The position numbers and the translations under genes are program-made. Shown here piece after piece: positions 57,063 to 64,000 of a stretch of DNA of 64,000 bases. The number at the start of each line of letters is the position of its first letter. The stretch's first letter is position 1. This stretch comes from a bacterium (lineage in GTDB: Bacteria > Patescibacteriota > Minisyncoccia > Phycocordibacterales > UBA12079), in NCBI GenBank assembly GCA_018401295.1, contig JAGYLJ010000001.1, positions 27,901 through 91,900 of the forward strand, given 5' to 3'. The notes under the pieces are model-generated. The model worked only from the letters and a program-made list of their open reading frames with translations, was not told where the DNA came from and searched no databases.

Positions 57063-57773
57063 ATGAAAAAATATGTAATTTTGATTGTATCGCTCATAGC
57101 CATACTAATTCTAGTTTTTGCTATTATTAGTAATAGAGAAATAAAAACATTAACGTTACCTTTAGAAGAAGTAAATTTAGAAGAAACAAATTTAGGGGAA
57201 GAGATAAAAGAAAGAAATTCAGGTGGTTATAAAATAACAGATGACGCTATTTTTATTAATTTACCCCAAGACATTGGGTTAACGGGGACAACAAGTGATA
57301 TGATTACAAATCAAGCTACATCGAGTTTAAGGTTAACTAGTTCTATATTTAATAATCAAGAAACAATTCCCTCGAAATACACCTGTGATGGTGAAAATAT
57401 AAGTCCTTCTTTTGAAATATTTGGAGTAAACCCTGAGGCCAAGTCTTTAGTTTTAATTATGGATGATCCTGATGCCTCACCAGAAGTTTGGAACCATTGG
57501 ATTAAATTTAACATTCCTCCTACCACTCAAGAAATAATAGAAGGAGAAGAACCGGAAGGAATTTCTGGGGAAGGAACTGGGGGAGATTTAGGTTATTCAG
57601 GTCCTTGTCCTCCTGATAATGAACACAGTTACGTTTTTAGGTTGTATTCACTAGATGCAGAATTGACTCTCCCAGAAGGGAGTTCTCGAGAAGAAGTTGA
57701 GAAGGGGATGGAAGGACATATTTTACAAACAGCAGAATTAACAGGAAAGTATGAAAGGGTAATAAGTCTGTAA
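57063..57773 (+). CDS. YbhB/YbcL (PEBP) family protein with N-terminal anchor
   Basis: YTCDGENISP, MDDPDA, W.HW, GY.GPCPP and H.Y.F.LY.LD motifs. Confidence 0.9.
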   Translation: MKKYVILIVSLIAILILVFAIISNREIKTLTLPLEEVNLEETNLGEEIKERNSGGYKITDDAIFINLPQDIGLTGTTSDMITNQATSSLRLTSSIFNNQETIPSKYTCDGENISPSFEIFGVNPEAKSLVLIMDDPDASPEVWNHWIKFNIPPTTQEIIEGEEPEGISGEGTGGDLGYSGPCPPDNEHSYVFRLYSLDAELTLPEGSSREEVEKGMEGHILQTAELTGKYERVISL

Positions 57774-57860
57774 AGTCTATAAAGTTCATAATGTCGAAAG
57801 TAAAAAATTTGCGAAGCGAATTTTCCCCCTAAAAGCTAACCCCTATAAGCTATAAACTAA
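57764..57860. repeat. Degenerate 8-9-bp tandem repeats around a GCGAAGC mini-hairpin
   Basis: aagtctgt-aaagtctat-aaagttcat..., aaaatttgc-gaa-gcgaatttt, then taaaagc/tataagc/tataaac. Confidence 0.45.
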
Positions 57861-57872
57861 CCTACTAAATAA

Positions 57873-58100
57873 ATGTATATAAAAGTAAAAGCTTTTCCTA
57901 AATCAAAACAGGAAGAAATAAAGGAAGTAGCTGAAGGTAGATTTGAAATTAAGGTAAAAGAGAAGGCAGAAAAGAATTTAGCTAATCAAAGGATCATTGA
58001 AATAGTAGCTTCTCATTTTAAAGTAGATAAAAAAGATGTTAGAATTATAAATGGGCACCATCATCAAAGTAAATTATTAAGTATTAATTTTGTTGATTAA
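57873..58100 (+). CDS. DUF167 (YggU) family protein
   Basis: VKA.P.SK, AN..I....A and V.II.G....K patterns. Confidence 0.85.
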   Translation: MYIKVKAFPKSKQEEIKEVAEGRFEIKVKEKAEKNLANQRIIEIVASHFKVDKKDVRIINGHHHQSKLLSINFVD

Positions 58101-58127
58101 TTTTATTAAGTAATTTAATTAGAGAAT

Positions 58128-58499
58128 ATGAAAAATATAGAAATAAACGAAATTGGAACTGAGTTGGGGAAAAGTGGAAAAGAATATTTGATGAAAAAAC
58201 TGGAGAGTTTAAGAAAATTTATTGATTTTGATGATAAAGAGGTTACTACTGATATTAGAATAAGCAAAGAAACACGAAGTAGTCGTTCAGGCAATATCTA
58301 TAAATCTGAAATTAGTATTATGACCATTGGTAAAAAATATGGTGCAAAAGGAGAAGCCGAAGAACTTTATGCTTCTATTGACGCCATGAAAGATGCCATT
58401 TCTAAAAAGATTTCTTCTCATAGAGGGAAAAAACAGAGTCTTTTCAGAAAAGGCGGTGCAAAAATTAAGAAAATGTTAAAAAAGGATATTAAAAATTAA
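58128..58499 (+). CDS. hpf: Ribosome hibernation factor HPF/RaiA
   Basis: Y..KKL..L.K and LYASID patterns; typical length. Confidence 0.75.
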   Translation: MKNIEINEIGTELGKSGKEYLMKKLESLRKFIDFDDKEVTTDIRISKETRSSRSGNIYKSEISIMTIGKKYGAKGEAEELYASIDAMKDAISKKISSHRGKKQSLFRKGGAKIKKMLKKDIKN

Positions 58500-58513
58500 A
58501 TTTTCAAAAACAT

Positions 58514-59116
58514 ATGTCAATTAGTGGTAAAATAACAATCGTATTAGCAATTATTTTAATAATAAGTGGAGTAATATATTTTCAATTTATGAATGATACA
58601 AAACAAGAAATCGATGAAATCGTTCCGGCAGTAAGCGGGAATGTTGTTTTTAAAACTAATTTTGGTGATATTGAATTAGAACTTTTTACTGACAAAGCCC
58701 CTGTGACTGTTGAGAATTTTAAGAAATTAGTCGGAGAGGGTTTCTACGATGGTGTTAAATTTCACCGAATTATAAAAGGTTTTATGATTCAAGGAGGTGA
58801 TCCATTAACAAAAGACGATTCAAATCCAATGTCATGGGGAACAGGCGGTCCCGGTTATTCTTTTGATGATGAACTTTATGCAGGAAATTCTAATGCAATG
58901 GGGACTATTTCTATGGCTAATGCAGGTCCCAACACAAATGGTAGCCAATTTTTTATAAATGTTGCTGATAATAACTCCTTAGACCAAAAACATGTTGTGT
59001 TTGGTAAAGTTGTTAATGGAATGGATGTCGTCGCTCAAATTGAAAATTCAGTAACAGGAGCAAGAGATGTTCCCGTTGAGCCAGTAATAATTGAGAGTGC
59101 TACTTTAATAGAGTAA
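58514..59116 (+). CDS. Cyclophilin-type peptidyl-prolyl isomerase
   Basis: FHRIIKGFMIQGGDP, SMANAGPNTNGSQFFI and HVVFG motifs. Confidence 0.93.
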   Translation: MSISGKITIVLAIILIISGVIYFQFMNDTKQEIDEIVPAVSGNVVFKTNFGDIELELFTDKAPVTVENFKKLVGEGFYDGVKFHRIIKGFMIQGGDPLTKDDSNPMSWGTGGPGYSFDDELYAGNSNAMGTISMANAGPNTNGSQFFINVADNNSLDQKHVVFGKVVNGMDVVAQIENSVTGARDVPVEPVIIESATLIE

Positions 59117-59954
59117 TATAATCGATTTCTTTCCCTCCGTCCGGAATAATTCTGTCTATAATAAGCTCGCCGTTTTCAAGGCGGGCTTTTTTGATGATTA
59201 TCCTTTTCCCATTTTGGAAGAAATGGGCTTTTGGCCAAGTATTAAAAGCTTGAATCTTCTTATAGTTTGTTTCAGGGTTATCACTTAAATCAATTAAGCC
59301 ATCATCAGATTTCAGTTTTTGAGTGTAAGTAGCTTCATTGTGATTTTGTTCTTTGATCGTTATCTCTTCATTAATCCATTGTGGAATAATTTTGATTAGC
59401 ATTTGTCCTCCGAGAATAGATAATTGTTTTTCCAGTTCATTTTCTGTTGGTAACTCAGAGAGAGAGTTTTTATAGAGTTGAAATTTTTCCTGGAATATAA
59501 TTGGTCCGTGATCCATTTGCTCATCTAATAGAATTATGGAAACACCTGTTTCTTTTTCATTTCCTAAAATCGCGCTGTGAATGGGGGTAGCGCCTCTAAG
59601 TTTAGGTAAAAGGGAAGGATGGACATTAATAGTTTTGTGTTCGGGTAGGCCTAAAATAGATTGGGGAATTATTTTTCCATAGGCGGCTACGACGAATAGA
59701 TCCCAATTTTCTGATTTTAATTTATTTATGAAAATATCATCCAGTTTTTCAGGTTGTAATGTTGGTATATTGTTTTCATCAGCCCAAATTTTTAGTGGAG
59801 GGGGAGTCAGTCTTAGTTTCCTCCCAGCTGGTTTGTCTGGGGTTGTTATTATTATCTCTGGCAGAAGTTGTGAGGTTGAGATTTTTAGTTGCTCTAAAAC
59901 ACCAACTGCAAACTGAGATGTTCCAAAAAATATTGTTTTTAATTTATTATTCAT
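59100..59954 (-). CDS. fmt: Methionyl-tRNA formyltransferase
   Basis: FFGT, PDKPAGR, AYGKII, NVHPSLLP..RG..PI and MDHGPI motifs. Confidence 0.95.
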   Translation of the reverse strand: MNNKLKTIFFGTSQFAVGVLEQLKISTSQLLPEIIITTPDKPAGRKLRLTPPPLKIWADENNIPTLQPEKLDDIFINKLKSENWDLFVVAAYGKIIPQSILGLPEHKTINVHPSLLPKLRGATPIHSAILGNEKETGVSIILLDEQMDHGPIIFQEKFQLYKNSLSELPTENELEKQLSILGGQMLIKIIPQWINEEITIKEQNHNEATYTQKLKSDDGLIDLSDNPETNYKKIQAFNTWPKAHFFQNGKRIIIKKARLENGELIIDRIIPDGGKEIDYITLLK

Positions 59955-59958
59955 ATTA

Positions 59959-61008
59959 TTATATTCCTAATTTTTTTCTATCTCGGGCCATCATTTTATT
60001 GTATGTTTCTAGCGGGTCGGCACCTTCATAGATTATTTGATAAATGAAATCGATAGAAGGAGCATCAATACTATTTTCCCTGGCAATTTCATGGGCAGCC
60101 TTAACTGAATAGTAACCTTCAACAGTTTTATGTTCTTTTTTCATTTCTTCTATTAGTTCTAGCGGGGTTTTTCCGTCAGTGCAAATCCTTTTTCCAAACT
60201 CTTTGTTTCTTGTATCTCCAAAACAAGAAAGCATTATATCACCCCAAAAAGAAGCTGATCCTGGAAGGAAAGTCGTGTCAGAAGCTCCCATCTTTTTAGC
60301 AATTTTATAAACATCAAAAGCAGCTCTAGTAATAAAAGATGATTTAGTACCTATAGAAAAACCTAACCCTTCACAAATTCCGGCCCCGATTGAAATAAAG
60401 TTTTTCAAAGCACCTGCAATTTCAACTGATAGAACGTCATTATTGGTATAAATGCGAAGAGTATCACTGTGGAATAAATCAGCAGCTAATTCAGTACAGA
60501 CATTATTTTGACAAGCTATTTCTGCGATTAAGGGTACATTATTAGCGATATCTTTGGCTATTGTTCCTCCGGAGAAGACTGCAATAGGATTGTTGAATTT
60601 GGTATCTTTAGTATTTTTATGAACAATAGTACTGAGAAGTTCATGAGTTTTGTTATCGATTCCTTTAGAAATAATTATAAAAGTCGTGTCTCTGTTTATC
60701 ATAGGACCAATGTCTTTTAGTGCCTCGTTTATATTCTGGGCGTTAATTCCAATGATAACAATATCTGAATCTTTAATTAAATCTTCTTTATTCTTTAAAC
60801 CTTGAATTTTGTCATTAAAAGCCATTTCTTGAAAATGATAGGGGTGTTTTTTGTCGGTAGTAAAATTATTATAAACATTTTCGTCAATGTCCCAAAAAAA
60901 GAAATTGTAATTATCGTCTTTAGCAAATTTTTTCGTAAGGTAATGGGCGATGGCACAATTGAATGCTCCGAACCCTAAGAAAGATATTTTTTTTACTTGT
61001 TTATCCAT
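59959..61008 (-). CDS. gpsA: NAD(P)H-dependent glycerol-3-phosphate dehydrogenase
   Basis: GFGAF, SKG, GALKN, GD...C...RN..FG and VEG motifs. Confidence 0.88.
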   Translation of the reverse strand: MDKQVKKISFLGFGAFNCAIAHYLTKKFAKDDNYNFFFWDIDENVYNNFTTDKKHPYHFQEMAFNDKIQGLKNKEDLIKDSDIVIIGINAQNINEALKDIGPMINRDTTFIIISKGIDNKTHELLSTIVHKNTKDTKFNNPIAVFSGGTIAKDIANNVPLIAEIACQNNVCTELAADLFHSDTLRIYTNNDVLSVEIAGALKNFISIGAGICEGLGFSIGTKSSFITRAAFDVYKIAKKMGASDTTFLPGSASFWGDIMLSCFGDTRNKEFGKRICTDGKTPLELIEEMKKEHKTVEGYYSVKAAHEIARENSIDAPSIDFIYQIIYEGADPLETYNKMMARDRKKLGI

Positions 61009-61082
61009 GATTATTTATTTTAATATTAATTAATAACATTATACACAGAATGAGAGGGGAGATAAACTAGGAAAATTTAAAT

Positions 61083-61114
61083 AAAAAAACAGGCATCGCT
61101 TTGCGCAATGCCTG
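61083..61114 (-). terminator. Intrinsic terminator after the PAS gene
   Basis: caggcat...atgcctg stem followed by a T run on the minus strand. Confidence 0.6.
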
Positions 61115-61143
61115 GTGGATATGAGGAAGGGGAGTTGTTATAG

Positions 61144-61752
61144 TTATAGGTCTAGGTCCGGATAAAGTTTCTTGGCACATTCCTTACATATTCCATGACT
61201 AAAGTTCATAAAGAAGTTTTTGTTCAAGTATGCCTCAAGTTGTTCCCAGACTCCATCTTCTTTGCGGATTTTTTTGCATGAAGCACATATTGGGAGTACC
61301 TCTCTTAACCCACTCATCTTCTTTGTAATGGCTTCCAATTGTTCAATTCTCTTCCTTTGATCGATAATCATTTTTTCAGTTTCGTCGATATCAGTGCTGA
61401 CGCCAATGATTTTTTTTGGCTGTCCACTTGAGTCCCTTATTACAGAAAAATCTACAAGAAACCATTTGGTTTTTCCATCCTTGCAAAAACTCTCTAGCTT
61501 TATTGTTTGGAGGTCTTTCCCGTTTGAGGTTTGAGTCAACTCATTTTGAATCTTATACGAGATTATCTGATAAGATTCTTTTGTTAAAGCATCTTCTAAG
61601 GATTGACGTAAACCCTCTTCCGCAGTAAAACCCCTTAGTCTCTCTATTTGGGGACTGATGTAGGTCCATGAAAATTCTGGGAGCTTTATTTCCCAGTGAA
61701 TTTGGTTAAAATTCTTTTCTACCAAAGATTTGTAATCTATTGTTCCTTCCAT
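61144..61752 (-). CDS. PAS/PAC-domain protein with C-terminal Cys/His metal-binding domain
   Basis: YISP..E...GF..EE, KDG...W and G.STDI; LPICASCKKIR...W...E.Y...FSHGIC.EC. Confidence 0.8.
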   Translation of the reverse strand: MEGTIDYKSLVEKNFNQIHWEIKLPEFSWTYISPQIERLRGFTAEEGLRQSLEDALTKESYQIISYKIQNELTQTSNGKDLQTIKLESFCKDGKTKWFLVDFSVIRDSSGQPKKIIGVSTDIDETEKMIIDQRKRIEQLEAITKKMSGLREVLPICASCKKIRKEDGVWEQLEAYLNKNFFMNFSHGICKECAKKLYPDLDL

Positions 61753-61859
61753 ACCAACTCCTCCTATATTGTTTAATTTAAAAAGGGCAAAAACTAATTT
61801 GGTTCTATTAAAATAATAACTTATTTTTATATATTTGTCAATATCAGAAGATATTAAAC

Positions 61860-62363
61860 TTATATAGTTTTTCTACCATCGATCTTGTCTTCCCTTATAT
61901 TTTTAGCTTTGCTAGTAAAAAGAATTCCATTAAGGTGATCAATCTCATGTTGAAAAACTTGGGCTAAGAGTCCACTACTACCAAAGGTAAATTTTTTTCC
62001 GTGCTCATCTTCTGCTTTTATGAGGGCTTTTTTAGACCTTTCTACTTCGCCATAAACGTTTCTAACACTCAAACACCCTTCTTCCATCCATTGTTTTTCC
62101 TTAGAGAGTTTAACTATTTTAGGATTTATAAAAATTAAGTCTCCTTGTTTATTTTTTTCAAAAAATCTATTAGAAACTACAAAAATCCTTAGAGGTTCTC
62201 CGATCTGGGGACCAGCTAATGCTATGGCATCGTCAGTATTTTTTAGTATATCTTTCATATTAGAAATAATACCTTTTATCTTAGGACTTGAGATTTCATT
62301 TGGAGAAATTTCTTTAGCAGTTTCTTCCAAAATTTTATTTCCTTTTTGTAAAACTTCTACCAT
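61860..62363 (-). CDS. def: Peptide deformylase
   Basis: LAGPQIG, EGCLSV and QHEIDHLNG motifs. Confidence 0.95.
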   Translation of the reverse strand: MVEVLQKGNKILEETAKEISPNEISSPKIKGIISNMKDILKNTDDAIALAGPQIGEPLRIFVVSNRFFEKNKQGDLIFINPKIVKLSKEKQWMEEGCLSVRNVYGEVERSKKALIKAEDEHGKKFTFGSSGLLAQVFQHEIDHLNGILFTSKAKNIREDKIDGRKTI

Positions 62364-62365
62364 TT

Positions 62366-62565
62366 ACCCTGTTAAATAAGATTTGACTTTCATCAACCTT
62401 GTTATTATTAATAACACTTTATATATTTAGTTTATTTTTATTTATTACTCTTGTCAAATCTTAATTTTATTTGTTAAATAGTATTTTACTTTTTGTTATT
62501 TTTACTGATAACTGTTTTTTCTGGAGCTTGTCTATCACTTCCTAAATAAAATTATTTAACAGGGT
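62366..62565. mobile_element. 200-bp MITE/REP-like insertion with 14-bp terminal inverted repeats
   Basis: accctgttaaataa ... ttatttaacagggt perfect IR; internal 11-bp IR; non-coding. Confidence 0.7.
62429..62457 (-). promoter_or_regulatory. Sigma70-type promoter inside the MITE, facing def
   Basis: TTGACA-N17-TAAACT. Confidence 0.6.
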
Positions 62566-62590
62566 GAATACTATACCACAGAAATTAGGT

Positions 62591-63361
62591 CTAGTCTTTC
62601 TTTTTGAGAAATTGTCCGATTTTCCACCAAAATAATTTTTGTTGGTCTTTAATTGATTTTCGGCTCTCTTTTACCTCTGCCCAATACTGATAAATAGTGA
62701 ATTCAGGTATTCTTTTAAAGAAACCCAGATAAAAACTAAAAGAACCTTTACCTTTCTTCGCTGTTTCGTTGAAATAACTTCTTATTTCATTAACTAGATA
62801 ATGCTTTTCTGAATGGAGAGAAGTTTTTTCATTTCTTTCTCTAGAAAGTAAGTCTCCAATATTTTTTATGTTACTTTTGGAGAATCCATTTTCGGTTATC
62901 TCTTTAGTAGGGACTTTTTTAAATTTGTTTTTTATAAAATCAAGATCTATCTTATTTATCGCTTTTTGAATATTTATAGAAAGTTCTTCCTTATCTGGGG
63001 AAAGTTTGTTTATGTTGGAAATAATTTTTTTTGTCAGGACTTTATTTAGGACTTCTTCAGTAGGGATATCTCTTTTTTCTGAAATTAATAATATTAGTTC
63101 AATAGTTTTCTTATTAAGAAGAGTAATCTCAGAAGATTTATCTAATTTATTTACAGTTAATTTATTTTTTCTCAAGAAAAATTTTTCTTTTTCTAAATCT
63201 TCAATTGTTACAATTAGCGCTGGTTTTCTGTTGGAATTTTTTGTTGGTTTAGGATAAGGGATAAAAATTAGTGAACCTAAAGAAAAATTTTGAGTAGAAA
63301 AAAATAAAGCCGGTTTTTGAAAACGATTTCTAAATATAGGTATGGTTATTATTAGGTTCAT
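62591..63361 (-). CDS. Hypothetical protein; N-terminus resembles a degenerate PriA 3'-DNA-binding domain
   Basis: IPI......L.F......LGSL..IP.......A.I pattern and position upstream of def/fmt; no helicase motifs. Confidence 0.5.
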   Translation of the reverse strand: MNLIITIPIFRNRFQKPALFFSTQNFSLGSLIFIPYPKPTKNSNRKPALIVTIEDLEKEKFFLRKNKLTVNKLDKSSEITLLNKKTIELILLISEKRDIPTEEVLNKVLTKKIISNINKLSPDKEELSINIQKAINKIDLDFIKNKFKKVPTKEITENGFSKSNIKNIGDLLSRERNEKTSLHSEKHYLVNEIRSYFNETAKKGKGSFSFYLGFFKRIPEFTIYQYWAEVKESRKSIKDQQKLFWWKIGQFLKKKD

Positions 63362-63362
63362 T

Positions 63363-64000
63363 CTAATAGTTTACAATCATCAAGTTGTCATTGTCCAAGA
63401 CATAAATAGATGAGCTGTCCTTTTTCACAAAGATTGGATTTATTCCTTTATAAATAGGTTGGAAATTTTGAATGTTTTCACTCCCAATTTCTAGAGCATA
63501 TATACCATCACCAGAAGAGATTATTACTACATCTTTTCTGTTTTTATAAAAGTCTATAGCTGTTATGGAAGTTTTTAAAGTTTGGTTTACATCTGAGATA
63601 TCTGAGTAAGCTTCATCTGAAATAAGATTTTTTTGAAAGAGAGATGTTATCTGTGTATATTCGGAATCTTCTTTTCCAATTAATAATCCACTGGTGTTTT
63701 GAGGAATAAAGAAAGGTTGAATTTTAGTACTTTTTTCTTTTTTTATTTCAATTTCTTTAATCCAGGGCCAGAATCTATCTTTTGATATAACAACGGTATG
63801 TTCTCCACTTTTTAATTCGAATTGGGGATTTATATCCTGTTTTGCAGTTTTTCTCTGGTTATCAATAAAAATAATCAAGTTTTCATCAAGAGATTCGATT
63901 TGTAGTGTCCCATATTGATCATTTCGGTAAAAAACACCCAATACAACTACTAGAATTATAATTAAACCAATTATATATCCATATGGATGACCACTTTTTT
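63363..64000 (-). CDS. Membrane-anchored PEGA-domain protein (5' end outside the window)
   Basis: Frame is open to the window edge through a TM segment; G.L.I.S, IFID and L..G.H.V.ISK....W.K.I.I patterns. Confidence 0.75.
   Translation of the reverse strand, partial: KSGHPYGYIIGLIIILVVVLGVFYRNDQYGTLQIESLDENLIIFIDNQRKTAKQDINPQFELKSGEHTVVISKDRFWPWIKEIEIKKEKSTKIQPFFIPQNTSGLLIGKEDSEYTQITSLFQKNLISDEAYSDISDVNQTLKTSITAIDFYKNRKDVVIISSGDGIYALEIGSENIQNFQPIYKGINPIFVKKDSSSIYVLDNDNLMIVNY

Noticed and set aside
1..64000. Alternative genetic code (UGA recoding)
   Set aside because: Long genes translate intact under the standard code with high coding density.

Overview
AT-rich bacterial chromosome segment (standard genetic code). 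Gene content and repeat style suggest a Patescibacteria/CPR (Parcubacteria-like) genome; this is inference only. 1-20 kb: host genes (rarA 3' end, orphan solute-binding proteins, a cupin/GH130/GH130/HAD mannoside cluster, a MacAB-type exporter, M14 peptidases, mscL). 20-30 kb: an accretion zone of stand-alone accessory genes punctuated by repeated GTTCGAAC-like junctions and two copies of a ~170-bp folded element. 29,997-56,584: a 26.6-kb island bounded by a perfect 24-bp repeat of the tRNA-Asn(GTT) 3' end. It carries a LexA-like repressor, two DNA methyltransferases, small and large terminase-like genes with no capsid, portal or tail genes, and an internal large serine recombinase. Its defence cargo is dense: an AbiJ/HEPN-like gene, a TM + TIR + E2-like/SEC-C operon, GmrSD, a type I R-M system with a MerR-HTH-fused HsdM and three inserted genes, and a PIN + Cas2-like pair. 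The same tRNA has its 5' end duplicated around a small GIY-YIG nuclease, and the duplicate is interrupted by a 16-bp palindrome. 57-64 kb: housekeeping genes (hpf, cyclophilin, fmt, gpsA, def) with a 200-bp promoter-carrying MITE-like insertion before def. Best novelty candidates: (1) a Thoeris-like TIR enzyme with a Gly-terminated tail next to a stand-alone E2-like enzyme; (2) the GIY-YIG/tRNA 5'-end cassette; (3) the terminase-only, serine-recombinase satellite-like island and its folded junction elements. All protein calls come from motif recognition by eye; no searches were run.
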